Shown here piece after piece: positions 7,778 to 18,100 of a stretch of 35,388 nt of DNA. Under the pieces are notes generated by a model. That model was given only the letters and a program-made list of their open reading frames with translations. It ran no database searches and was not told the origin of the DNA. Each line of letters starts with the position of its first letter. Within the stretch, counting starts at the first letter, position 1. The position numbers and the translations under genes are program-made. The DNA is taken from sequence record DRR723986_3494; one strand, written 5' to 3'.

Positions 7778-8797
7778 ATGCAAAACTGGGACTTCTGCCG
7801 CAGTGTAATGAGCGCGCAAATTCTGGTGTCGTTGGGAGAAGAGCTAGGCGCCCCCATACACGCCCTGCTTCACAATAGCGGTCTGAGCCAAACCCACCTC
7901 AACAATCCTGAAACAGTGGTTGAAGCCCAGAGTGAACTTGCCGTTATCCGCAACCTGCTTGGAGCACTGCCGCCCATCGAAGGCTTGGGCCTGACCGCTG
8001 GCCAGCGCTACCAACTGTCTGCCTACGGCATATGGGGCTTTGCCATCGCCAGCAGCCCCACACCGAGAAAAGCCATTGAACTGGCGCGTAACTATCAGGA
8101 ACTTACCTTCGTTTTTGCCGGTTTTACCATTGCTACGCGCGGCGATAAAACGTGCATTATCTTTGACGACAGCGATGTGCCAGAAGATGTTCGCCTGTTC
8201 TGCCTGGAGCGCGAAATGGCCGCCGCCGCGGTGATTATGCGCGAGCTGCTGGGCAGTGATTTTCAACCCGACAGGGTGTGCTTCCGTCACCCGCGCCCGT
8301 CGTATGCCGAGCGCTACCACGACAGCTTCGGTGGTCCGGTTGAATTTAATGCCGAATACAATGCCCTGGAATTTCCCAATTCCTTATTGGATATCCCGCG
8401 CACCGTCGGCAATGAAAACACCGCGAATCTACTGGCAAAACAATGTGGCGAACTGCTCGCCAGCCGCAGTGCCCGCCGCGGCCTTTCGGGAAAAGTGAGG
8501 GAATTGCTGTTGCGTCAGCGCCCCATGGAGATGGACATGGAGGCGGTGGCAAGCAGCCTGCATATGACCTCCCGCACCCTGCGCCGCAAACTGGATGCCG
8601 AAGGCAGTTCATTTCGCCAACTCAGCGACGAGATCCGTCTCACACTGGCGGAAGAGCTACTGCGCAGCACGCCCTTGAGTATTGAACAGATCGCCGAGCG
8701 ATTATCCTACGCTGATGCCTCTAGCTTCTCGCAGGCTTTCAAACGCATGACCGGCAATACCCCCGGCGCCTTTCGCAAGACTCACCAACGCCGCTAG
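7778..8797 (+). CDS. AraC/XylS-family transcriptional regulator (OruR-like, long N-terminal ligand domain)
   Basis: C-terminal double HTH (VASSLHMTSRTLRRKL; IAERLSYADASSFSQAFKRMTG.TP) and N-terminal YGIWGFA motif. Confidence 0.93.
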   Translation: MQNWDFCRSVMSAQILVSLGEELGAPIHALLHNSGLSQTHLNNPETVVEAQSELAVIRNLLGALPPIEGLGLTAGQRYQLSAYGIWGFAIASSPTPRKAIELARNYQELTFVFAGFTIATRGDKTCIIFDDSDVPEDVRLFCLEREMAAAAVIMRELLGSDFQPDRVCFRHPRPSYAERYHDSFGGPVEFNAEYNALEFPNSLLDIPRTVGNENTANLLAKQCGELLASRSARRGLSGKVRELLLRQRPMEMDMEAVASSLHMTSRTLRRKLDAEGSSFRQLSDEIRLTLAEELLRSTPLSIEQIAERLSYADASSFSQAFKRMTGNTPGAFRKTHQRR

Positions 8798-9663
8798 GCC
8801 AGTGAGGAGAGAAACTGCTGGTAGCACTTGGCACTGGCGGCGGGGCGCTCCAGCATCGGCAAGTGGCCCGTCTGTTCCATAATGGTAACGCTCGCATGGG
8901 GCAACATGGGTCGCATCACCTCCACGCTACTGACGTCGAGCACTCTATCCTGACGCCCCCAGATAACCAGTGCGGGCAAAGACAAGGCAGGCAGTACAGC
9001 ATCGAGCCCACCGTATATTTCCTGTTGGTACTGACGGAAAATAGCGGCGATACATTCTCGGCGCGCCATCGCCGCTCTGGCCATATAGTTGCGAACCAAC
9101 CTGGGTAGAAAGGGCTGCTTCTCACACACGAGGGCTAAGAGTCGATCAAAGTCTGACTCCGACGACACCAACAAGGGGTTTACCCCTTTCTCCAGGTCAC
9201 GCTCCATATCGCAGCGTTCAGGCGCTTGAATACCGCCATTATTAAACAAGCAAATACTGCGCAACTGCTGTGGATAGCGCTGGGCATATACCGCCGTTAA
9301 GTGCCCGCCCATTGAGCTGCCTGCCATGTGGCAGCGACCGACGCCGAGCGCTGACAAGAGCCCTCTCAATCGCTCTGCCTGGGCAGCCATACTGTAGTCC
9401 AAGCCCTGTCGGCAGGGGTTTTCACCAAAGCCCGGCAGGTCCACGGCAATTACGTGGTAATTTGCGCGCAGCCGACCGGCGAAACGCGTCCAGTTATCTT
9501 TGTCGGCGCCAAAGCCATGCAGCAATACAATCGTCTCGCGCTTCCCCACGCCACCTTCAAGATAGTGCCAAGGCTGTTCGCCCACCATGCAAAACTTTGC
9601 TCGCAGGCCACAGCGCCAGCGGTCAGCAGCCAGCGCTGCACGCGCCAAGTGATCACTTAACAT
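8794..9663 (-). CDS. Alpha/beta-fold hydrolase (lipase/esterase)
   Basis: LLHGFG oxyanion motif, DLPGFG, nucleophile elbow GSSMGG, WGRQD acid and GHLPMLE histidine. Confidence 0.92.
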   Translation of the reverse strand: MLSDHLARAALAADRWRCGLRAKFCMVGEQPWHYLEGGVGKRETIVLLHGFGADKDNWTRFAGRLRANYHVIAVDLPGFGENPCRQGLDYSMAAQAERLRGLLSALGVGRCHMAGSSMGGHLTAVYAQRYPQQLRSICLFNNGGIQAPERCDMERDLEKGVNPLLVSSESDFDRLLALVCEKQPFLPRLVRNYMARAAMARRECIAAIFRQYQQEIYGGLDAVLPALSLPALVIWGRQDRVLDVSSVEVMRPMLPHASVTIMEQTGHLPMLERPAASAKCYQQFLSSLA

Positions 9664-9677
9664 CGCGTGCTCCCCGG

Positions 9678-11222
9678 CTAATTGATCGATGGCGACGCAT
9701 GGCTTTCTGCCATATGCGCTGCGCTGGCGGGGCTGAACTGATAGTCATCAGGCGTAAAACGCCGGTGCATCGCCCGAAAACGAAAGGTGAAATCCGGCCA
9801 CAGCTGAGTGATTTTGCCGCTGCGGTGCTTGTACCAGCTGTCGCAGCCCGTGGCCCATATTGAGGTATCAAGCCGTTTGTGCAGCGCGCGGTTAAACTGC
9901 TTCTGCACCGCCTCGCGCACTTCAACTTCCACACAGTGGCGCTGCTCGCATTCGTCTAACAGCCGGCTGATCGCCTGTATTTGCGTTTCGATCATGTACA
10001 CCATGGAGCTATGCCCCAGGGTTACGTTCGGGCCAACGATCAACATCAGGTTGGGAAAGCCGTTTACCGTTGTGCCCAAATACGCCTCTTCGCCATCGCG
10101 CCATGCCTCTGCCAGAGACTGGCCACCGCGACCGTGAATGATCTGAGCAATGGGGTTTTCGGTGGCATAGAAGCCCGTGCCAAAAATAATACAGTCCACC
10201 TCGCGCTCGGTGCCGTTGGCATCGACGATGCTGTGCTCGCGAATCTCTTGTATGCCATCGCTCAACAAGCTGACGTTCGGCCGCTGCAGAGCGGGGTACC
10301 AGTCATTGGAAATCAGCACACGCTTACAACCCACCGGGTAGCTTGGCGTGACTCGCTCGCGCAGCGCCGGGCTTTTTACCTGACTACGTATGTGCTGCAG
10401 TGCCATGCGCTCATACAGTTTCATTAGCGAGGGGTGCAGCACCATTCCCAGTATGCGGGTTTCATTGTGGCAGTAAATCTTGCTGCGCAGCGCCAGGCGT
10501 ACGCCGGGTAAGTAGCGAAAGGCTGCCTTTTCCAACTCACTGTATGGCCGGTCTTTGCGGGGAATAATCCAGTTCGGTGTGCGTTGGTAAACATCGAGTT
10601 GCGCGGGCTGGTCGGCAATTTCAGGTACAAATTGGATGGCCGACGCGCCGGTGCCAATCACCGCCACGCGTTTACCGCGCAGGTCGTAGCTGTGATCCCA
10701 GTTGGCTGAGTGAAAGCACTTTCCGGCAAAGCGCTCCACCCCCGGAATATCCGGCAGGCGCGGCTCGGCCAATCCACCGTTGCCGCTGATCAGCATGCCG
10801 ACATTGTAATTCCCGCCCGTGGTTTCCAGCTGCCAGCGCTGGCTGTGCTCACAGTAATGAGCAGCGTTGAGTTGGTGGCCAAACCGAATATGAGGCAGCA
10901 AATCCCACTTTTCCGCCACCTCCCGCAGGTAGCGCTTTAACTCTGGCTGGGTGGGATATACCCGCGACCAGTCACAGTTGGGTTCGAATGAAAAAGAGTA
11001 CAGATGAGAAGGCACATCGCAGGCGGCGCCGGGGTAGTGATTATCTCGCCAGGTACCACCGACATCCTCGGCACGCTCAAGGATGATGAAGTCTTCCCGT
11101 CCCTTTTTTTTCAACTCTATCGCCATCCCCAGGCCGGCAAATCCGGTGCCGACGATGGCATAACTGTGACGTGTTGCAGAGGAACCGCTCGATGGCGCGA
11201 GCGACGGTGCAGCAGATGGCAT
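9678..11222 (-). CDS. Flavin-containing Baeyer-Villiger-type monooxygenase
   Basis: Two Rossmann motifs (GTGFAG, GTGASA), GGTWRDNHYPGAACD and the BVMO fingerprint FAGKCFHSANW (FxGxxxHxxxW). Confidence 0.93.
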   Translation of the reverse strand: MPSAAPSLAPSSGSSATRHSYAIVGTGFAGLGMAIELKKKGREDFIILERAEDVGGTWRDNHYPGAACDVPSHLYSFSFEPNCDWSRVYPTQPELKRYLREVAEKWDLLPHIRFGHQLNAAHYCEHSQRWQLETTGGNYNVGMLISGNGGLAEPRLPDIPGVERFAGKCFHSANWDHSYDLRGKRVAVIGTGASAIQFVPEIADQPAQLDVYQRTPNWIIPRKDRPYSELEKAAFRYLPGVRLALRSKIYCHNETRILGMVLHPSLMKLYERMALQHIRSQVKSPALRERVTPSYPVGCKRVLISNDWYPALQRPNVSLLSDGIQEIREHSIVDANGTEREVDCIIFGTGFYATENPIAQIIHGRGGQSLAEAWRDGEEAYLGTTVNGFPNLMLIVGPNVTLGHSSMVYMIETQIQAISRLLDECEQRHCVEVEVREAVQKQFNRALHKRLDTSIWATGCDSWYKHRSGKITQLWPDFTFRFRAMHRRFTPDDYQFSPASAAHMAESHASPSIN

Positions 11223-11343
11223 AGGCGTTACCTGTTATTTCTTTTATGAACTACCGCCAAGCTTAGGGGCCGCTAGTCCTTCACCCAATGTCTGCGAAGG
11301 ACACATCATTTAGTTATTCGGACAGGCGCAGACCGGGCTGCCA

Positions 11344-11982
11344 CTACCGCAATTGCGCGATAAACCCTTCCGACTCGGCGATAGCAGCCTCCATGGTTGC
11401 AATTAATGCGGTGACATCGCGGTCGATGGTGGCCAATTCACCCTTGATGGCTGAGATCGCCGAAGCATTGAGGTTGTGCTTCAAATACAGCACATTGTCT
11501 TGCAGGTTATCCAATACGGGCGCCAAGCTTTTCTCTGAGCGCCGCAGACTTTTGCGCAGGCGGTTGTAGCGATTTTTTGTGTCGCGGAGTTTGGCCGCAC
11601 TGTCATCTCGCAGGCGCGCATTACTGTAAAGCGAGAGCTCGTCCTCCCACTCCTCAAACAGGGCCTCAGCCACGCTTTCCACTGCGTCGATACGGTCGCG
11701 GATGTCGTCTGCTGCCGCGCGACTGTCTTCAAAGCTGGTATTGAGACGATCGTAAAGTTTTTCTAAGTCGCCGCCGTCAAAACTCACCACCGAGCGAAAC
11801 TCACCCAAGGCATCGCGGAATTGTTCCTGCGCCTCGCGCTGCGATTCCGTTGCCTCTTCCACGCGATCAACCAAAATGTCTCGCTTGTGGATCCCCACCT
11901 TTTCCATGGCGTTGTAGTAGGTGGATTCACAGGCAACAAGAACCAGTGCAGCAATGACAAGAAATAAGCGCTTAGCGACCAT
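11344..11982 (-). CDS. DUF2959-family coiled-coil lipoprotein
   Basis: Lipobox LVAC; family-typical YYNAMEKVGIHKRDILVDRVE and DNVLYLKHNLNA. Confidence 0.85.
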   Translation of the reverse strand: MVAKRLFLVIAALVLVACESTYYNAMEKVGIHKRDILVDRVEEATESQREAQEQFRDALGEFRSVVSFDGGDLEKLYDRLNTSFEDSRAAADDIRDRIDAVESVAEALFEEWEDELSLYSNARLRDDSAAKLRDTKNRYNRLRKSLRRSEKSLAPVLDNLQDNVLYLKHNLNASAISAIKGELATIDRDVTALIATMEAAIAESEGFIAQLR

Positions 11983-12162
11983 AGGGCATTCCAGTTAGTG
12001 GGCGGAGAACAGACCTTGTGTTGTGTAGAGTTGTGTTCTGCGCAAAAGCATAGCGCCCCGCCGCGCTGCGCACAAATCGCATTGCGCACAACTCCACAAC
12101 GGCGACTATAGTTAGACGCAAAGCGATAAAGCCTTGTCTTATTTATGCATTGGAGGGCGCGA

Positions 12163-12639
12163 ATGCCAACAGAACTCGCCAAACAAGATATCACCATCCT
12201 GCGTATTCTTCAGCGCGACGCCAGCAAGACATCCAGCGAGATTGCCGAAACCCTCAACATGTCTCAGTCGCCCTGCTGGCGGCGGATCAACCGGATTGAG
12301 CAAGCCGGTATCGTGCGCAAAAAAGTCGCCATCCTCGACCGCGAAAAACTGGGTATGGAACTAGTGGTTTTTACCACCGTAAACCTGAGCATTACCGGGC
12401 GGCAGCAACTTGAAGAATTTGAATCGTCGGTGAGCGACTTTCCCGAAGTCGTCGAATGCTACACGATGACCGGCGTGTGGGATTATATGTTGAAGATTAT
12501 CACCCGCGATATTCGCCACTACGAAAGCTTTGTACGCGAGCGCCTGCTGAGCCTGCCAATGATCGGCGAAACGCACTCACACATCGCGGTAACCGAAATC
12601 AAAAACACGACCGAGCTCCCGCTGGAAACCCAGCTGTGA
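12163..12639 (+). CDS. Lrp/AsnC-family transcriptional regulator
   Basis: HTH with SQSPCWRRINRIEQAG and RAM domain with EVVECYTMTG.WDY. Start ATG 12163 follows SD GGAGG. Confidence 0.95.
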   Translation: MPTELAKQDITILRILQRDASKTSSEIAETLNMSQSPCWRRINRIEQAGIVRKKVAILDREKLGMELVVFTTVNLSITGRQQLEEFESSVSDFPEVVECYTMTGVWDYMLKIITRDIRHYESFVRERLLSLPMIGETHSHIAVTEIKNTTELPLETQL

Positions 12640-12667
12640 GCCCCTGGCCGTGTGTTGGCCCCCGGCG

Positions 12668-14017
12668 TTAACGACCGTCGTCGCGCAGGAAATCCGCCAC
12701 GCAAAAGGCAAGTTCCAGCACTTGGTCGGCGTTTAAACGCGGATCACACTGCGTTTGGTAGCACTTGTCCAGGTCCGACTCGGACAGCCGGTAAGCCCCG
12801 CCAGTGCACTCGGTCACATGCTGGCCAGTCATCTCCAAATGAATGCCGCCGGGGTGCTGCTGTTCGCTGCGCAACACGGCAAAGAAGTGACGAATTTCTT
12901 CCAAAATGCGATCAAAAGAGCGTGTTTTGTAGCCATTACCCGCCTTCACGGTATTGCCGTGCATGGGGTCACAGGACCACACAACGCTGCGTCCCTCTTG
13001 CTGCACTCGCCGCGCCAGTGCCGGAAGGCGCTCAGCCAGCACGTCGGCGCCCATGCGGGTAATCAGGGTTAGACGACCGGGAATATTGTCTGGGTTCAAG
13101 GCGTCAATTAAGGCGATCAACTCGTTGCCTGTCATCGACGGGCCAACCTTTACGCCAACCGGGTTTTTAAGGCCGCGAAAGAACTCGATATGAGCGCCAT
13201 CGAGCTGACGAGTGCGCTCACCGATCCACAGCATATGTGCCGAGCAATCGTAGAAGTCGCCGGTTAAATGGTCCTGGCGAGTCAGGGCCTCCTCATAATT
13301 AAGGAGCAACGCTTCATGGGAGGTATACAGCTGCGTTTCGCGTAGCGTGGGGGTGTTGTCGCTATTGATGCCACACACCTCCATAAACGCCAGTGCATCT
13401 TGGATGCTGTGCGCCAAAGCCTGATAGCGCTCGCGCAGAGGGTTGCCATCCAAGAAGCTGAGGTTCCACTGGTTAACCTGGTGCAAATCAGCCAAACCAC
13501 CGGTGGCAAAAGCCCGCAGCAAATTCAACGTGGAGGTAGACTGGTGATAGGCTTGCAACATGCGCTGCGGGTCGGGCGTGCGGGCCGCCGCATCAAACTC
13601 GGGAGAGTTGATGATGTCACCGCGATAACTGGGAAGCACCATGGCGTCGCGCTCCTCTGTTTCTGCCGAGCGCGGTTTGGCAAACTGTCCCGCCATGCGG
13701 CCCACTTTCACCACAGGTAAACGCCCCGCATAGGTAAGCACGATGGCCATCTGCATCAACACTTTGAAGGTATCGCGGATATTGTTCGCCGAAAAGTCGC
13801 CAAAACTTTCGGCGCAGTCGCCGCCCTGAAGTAAAAACGCTCGCCCCTCGGCAACCTCGGCCAACTGGCTGTGTAAGGCGCGGGCCTCCGCGGCAAATAC
13901 CAGCGGCGGCATTGCGGCCAGACTTTGCTCCACTGCGCTTAGCGCCGCAGCGTCGCCATACTTCGGCTGTTGCAAGGCGGTTTTATTTCTCCAGCTATCT
14001 CGGCTCCACGTTGTCAC
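12668..14017 (-). CDS. Class II 3-deoxy-7-phosphoheptulonate (DAHP) synthase
   Basis: Motifs [45 protein letters not shown] and CDPRLN. GTG start with SD AGGAGG. Confidence 0.96.
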   Translation of the reverse strand: MTTWSRDSWRNKTALQQPKYGDAAALSAVEQSLAAMPPLVFAAEARALHSQLAEVAEGRAFLLQGGDCAESFGDFSANNIRDTFKVLMQMAIVLTYAGRLPVVKVGRMAGQFAKPRSAETEERDAMVLPSYRGDIINSPEFDAAARTPDPQRMLQAYHQSTSTLNLLRAFATGGLADLHQVNQWNLSFLDGNPLRERYQALAHSIQDALAFMEVCGINSDNTPTLRETQLYTSHEALLLNYEEALTRQDHLTGDFYDCSAHMLWIGERTRQLDGAHIEFFRGLKNPVGVKVGPSMTGNELIALIDALNPDNIPGRLTLITRMGADVLAERLPALARRVQQEGRSVVWSCDPMHGNTVKAGNGYKTRSFDRILEEIRHFFAVLRSEQQHPGGIHLEMTGQHVTECTGGAYRLSESDLDKCYQTQCDPRLNADQVLELAFCVADFLRDDGR

Positions 14018-14029
14018 GTATTCCCTCCT

Positions 14030-15103
14030 TCAGTTTTCTGTTGCGGCTTGCCTACCCTGTGCCAACAATACCTCTTCAGCCATCGCTTCGGCCACCACAT
14101 GGGGCGGGCACAATTGCTGCGCTGCGCGCTTGAAGATCAGCCCCAGCTTGTCGCCAATGCCCTCGACATGCTGCAACAGTGTCGACTCAGCATCGGCTGA
14201 CAGCGCCCCGCCGTGCTGGCGCTGATGATAGACCGCAATAATACCCCCGGCATTAATAACAAAGTCCGGCACGTATAAGACACCGCGATCGGCAAGCTGC
14301 TGCGCCTGAGCCGGTGTAGCCAGTTGGTTATTGGCGGCACCGGCAATGATCGACGCCCTCACCTGTTGCACTGTTTCCGCATTTAGCACGGCCCCCATCG
14401 CGCAGGGCGCCAAAACATCCACTGGCTGACTGAATATGCTCGCCGGCTCGACCACCTCTGCCCCAAGTGCCTGCAGGGGTGTCAGTAATGTCGGGTTCAC
14501 ATCGGCAACCAGTACGGTTGCACCGTCTTCGATTAACCGCCTCGCGAGGTGGCTGCCAACGGCCCCCGCTCCCTGAATTGCCACCCTCACACCATCGAGA
14601 TTATCGCTGCCGCGTTGCTGGCGCAGGGCCGCGCACAAACCGCAGTAAACACCGTAAGCGGTGTATGGCGACGGGTCACCGCCGCCGTGGCTGTCGAGCC
14701 CGGAAACATAGCAGGTGTGTTTGGCAATTTGCGCCATGTCGGCCACCGTGGTGCCGGAGTCTTCAGCCGTAACATAGCGGCCGCCCAAGCTGTCGATAAA
14801 TCCGGCCATTGCCTTAAATAGCGCCGCATTCTTGTCGCGCGAGGGGTCGCCAATAATCACAGCTTTGCCACCACCCACTGGCAGTCCGGCAAGCGCAGAC
14901 TTATAGGTCATGCCACGCGACAGCCGCAGCACATCGTCAAGCGCCGCCGCATCGTCCGCGTAGGGGTACATTCGCAAACCGCCCACCGCCGGCCCAAGCT
15001 GGCTGCTGTGCACAGCAATAATTGCCCGCAAGCCCGTGGAGCGGTCTTCGCAGAACGCGACAAGCTCGTGTTGATCAAAAGAGGGGGCGCTAAACACTGC
15101 CAT
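14030..15103 (-). CDS. Glu/Leu/Phe/Val dehydrogenase, leucine-dehydrogenase-like
   Basis: Motifs GPAVGGLR, LSRGMTYK, GGGKAVI, TAEDSGT, GDPSPYTAYGV, GAANNQL and PDFVINAGG. Start moved to ATG 15103 (SD AAGGTG) to avoid overlap with the upstream gene. Confidence 0.93.
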   Translation of the reverse strand: MAVFSAPSFDQHELVAFCEDRSTGLRAIIAVHSSQLGPAVGGLRMYPYADDAAALDDVLRLSRGMTYKSALAGLPVGGGKAVIIGDPSRDKNAALFKAMAGFIDSLGGRYVTAEDSGTTVADMAQIAKHTCYVSGLDSHGGGDPSPYTAYGVYCGLCAALRQQRGSDNLDGVRVAIQGAGAVGSHLARRLIEDGATVLVADVNPTLLTPLQALGAEVVEPASIFSQPVDVLAPCAMGAVLNAETVQQVRASIIAGAANNQLATPAQAQQLADRGVLYVPDFVINAGGIIAVYHQRQHGGALSADAESTLLQHVEGIGDKLGLIFKRAAQQLCPPHVVAEAMAEEVLLAQGRQAATEN

Positions 15104-15116
15104 AAACGACACCTTT

Positions 15117-18100
15117 TTATGTTTGGCTCGTGGCGCTAGCCAGTTCGACAAAGGGCAACGCATCGCCATGAAATTTTGCCAACAGGCTGCGGCGAGCGGC
15201 TGCATAGCGTTGAGCGTTCGCCTGCTTCACATGACCAAAGCCCCGCACCTTATCCAGGCTGCTTACCAGCTCTAGCGCGTAGCCTCTGTTTTCGAACGTT
15301 AACTGCGCGGCGATGTCGGCGAGATCTGCGAGAAATTGCTCGCATAATTCTCGCTCCATGCGCCGCTCCGCCGTGTAGGAAAAAATATCCCAGCGACTTC
15401 CTCGCAGGCCCTTGGCCGCGGCGAGTAGTTTAAACGCCGGCAGACACCAGCCGGGCAAGCGGCGCTTTTTGTGCTCGCCAGTATTCGGGTCTACACGACT
15501 TAGCAGGGGCGGCGCCATATGAAACTGCAAAGTGAAATCCCCTTCGAACTGCTCGCGCAGTTGCCGCATAAATTCCCCGTTAGTAAATAAGCGGGCAACC
15601 TCGTATTCATCTTTATATGCCATGACATGGTAGAGCGTGCGGGCCGCCGCGATACTCAGCGACAACGTCTGGCCACCCACCACCGCGCGTTCACTATCGG
15701 CAAGCTGCGTTATTGCGTCGCGGTAACGCTGGGCATAGCGCGCGTTTTGATAATCACACAGCTGGCCGTAACGGTGCTCGACAATCTCGTCCAGGCCGGA
15801 CAGTGGTTGCCAGTGCTCGGCGGCAAGGCCACTGGCCCGTCGCACAGCCAACTCGTCGATTGCCGCCCTGCGCCCCCAGCGGAATGCCCGCTGATTGAAT
15901 TCCACGGCAACATCGTTCAACTCTATCGCCGCGTCTACCGCCTCGCTGGAAACGGGAATTAAACCGCGTTGAAAGGCGTAGCCGAGCATAAAGAAATTAC
16001 TGGCGACGGCGTCGCCCATCAGGTGAGAGGCCATGACCGTGGATTCAATAAAGTGAACCTTTCCGGCGCCGACCTCCTCTTCAATAATTTGCTTCATTTC
16101 ACGGGCAGGAAAGGCCGCATCGGGGTCGAATATCGAGGCCGATGTTGGCGCCTCGCTATCATTAATCACCGCGTGCGAGCGCTCTATATTCACCTTCGCC
16201 ATCGCCTCGTCGCTGGCACTCACTACCAAATCGCAGCCCAACAAAAGATCGGCGTCACCGGCGGGAATACGCACCGCATTGATATCTTCCTGACGACGGG
16301 CAATGCGCAAATGGCTTACTACCGGACCAAACTTTTGCGCTAGCCCGGTCTGGTTCATCGTCGCGCAGCCCTTGCCTTCAATATGCGCCGCCATCGCCAA
16401 TACCGCGGTAACGGTAAGCACACCCGTACCGCCAATGCCTGTAACGACAATATTCCAAGGTTGCTCAAGACTGTGCGCTGCTGGCTCCGGTAGCGCGGCA
16501 AAGTCATTCTCTGCTGTTGCCGTGCTCTGCCTTAAACGGCCGCCGATCACCGAGACAAAACTGGGGCAAAACCCCTTCACGCAGGAGTAGTCTTTGTTGC
16601 AGGCGCTTTGATCAATCTCGCGCTTACGACCCAGCTCCGTTTTTACCGGCACCACCGATAGGCAGTTGGACTTTTTCGCGCAGTCACCACAGCCTTCGCA
16701 TACCGCCTGGTTGATGACCACGCGGCGATTGGGGTCATCCATCAACCCACGTTTACGCCGCCGGCGCTTTTCCGCCGCGCAGGTTTGCTCGTAGATCAAT
16801 ACGCTGCAACCTTTTACCCGGCGCAGCATTTCCTGCACCGGGAGCACTTCATCGCGATGGTGAATACTCAGCCCTTCGGTCTCCGCGAGGGTGTGCTTTT
16901 CAGGTTGGTCAGAAACGAGCGCGATGCGCTCAACGCCCTCTCCGCGCAGCTGCAAAATAATTTGTTCCACACTGAGCTGACCGTCCACCGGCTGGCCGCC
17001 GGTCATTGCCACGGCGTCGTTATAGAGCAGTTTATAAGTGATATTCACGCCGGCAGCGATGGCCTGCCGGATCGCTAAAATTCCCGAGTGGAAATACGTG
17101 CCATCACCGAGGTTCTGGAAAACATGCTCAGTGTCGGTGAAGGCAGCCTGTCCGATCCATGTCACACCCTCGCCGCCCATTTGCGTAAACGTTTGCGCGG
17201 GGCGGCTTTCCATAAACGTGCTCATGTAGTGGCAGCCAATACCCCCCATGGCAATGCTGCCCTCCGGCACTTGTGTAGAGGTATTGTGGGGGCAGCCTGA
17301 GCAGTAATGGGGTTTGCGATCAATCTTGTTGCGCTTGCTCGCCAGCGACTGCTCCTTCTGCTGGTAAAAACTCAGGCGTTTTTCAATGTCTTCACTTTGA
17401 TAAAAACGGCGGATCCTCGCCGCAATGGCCCGGGCCACCATTGCCGGGGTGAGTTCGGACACATTGGGCAGCAGGTCTGCGCCGTGCTCGTCAAATTCAC
17501 CGATCACCCGCGGCCGCTTGTCGACGGCCCAGTTGTAGAGCTGGCCGGTGAGCTGGTCTTCGATGATTGAGCGCTTCTCCTCTACGACCAGAATCTCTTC
17601 CAGGCCACTGGCAAACTCGTGGGTGAGCACTGGCTCCAGTGGCCACGGCATCCCCACTTTGTATACACGCAAACCGATTGCGGCGGCGCTGTCGTGATCG
17701 ATACCCAAATCCTCCAGCGCCTGCATAACATCGAGGTAGGCTTTGCCGCTGGTGATAATGCCCAAACGCGGCTTGGGACTATCAATTACAATGCGATTTA
17801 TATGGTTTGCCAGGGCAAAGGCGCGGGCCGCATAAATTTTGTATTTATTCAGCCGGCGTTCCTGATCCAAGGGAGTGTCGGGCCAACGCAGGTGGACACC
17901 GTCAGCTGGCAAAACAAAGTCCTCGGGCAACACAATATTGATGCGATGGGGATCTATCTCGGCTGAGATCGCCGAATCCATATTCTCGGTGATCGCTTTT
18001 AAGGCCACCCAGCTACCGCAGTAACGCGACAACTCCCAACCAAAGACGCCGAGATCTAACACTTCCTGCACATTTGCCGGGGCCAGTACCGGAATCGAGG

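Noticed and set aside
12668-14017. Class II DAHP synthase as phzC of a phenazine or other secondary-metabolite cluster
   Set aside because: No phzABDEFG, anthranilate-synthase-like, NRPS or PKS genes are adjacent.
14030-15205. Long ORF-track starts creating large overlaps or extensions (also 1827, 23140, 28163, 34282)
   Set aside because: Each has a downstream ATG with an SD-like sequence where family similarity begins, so the extensions are ORF-calling artefacts.
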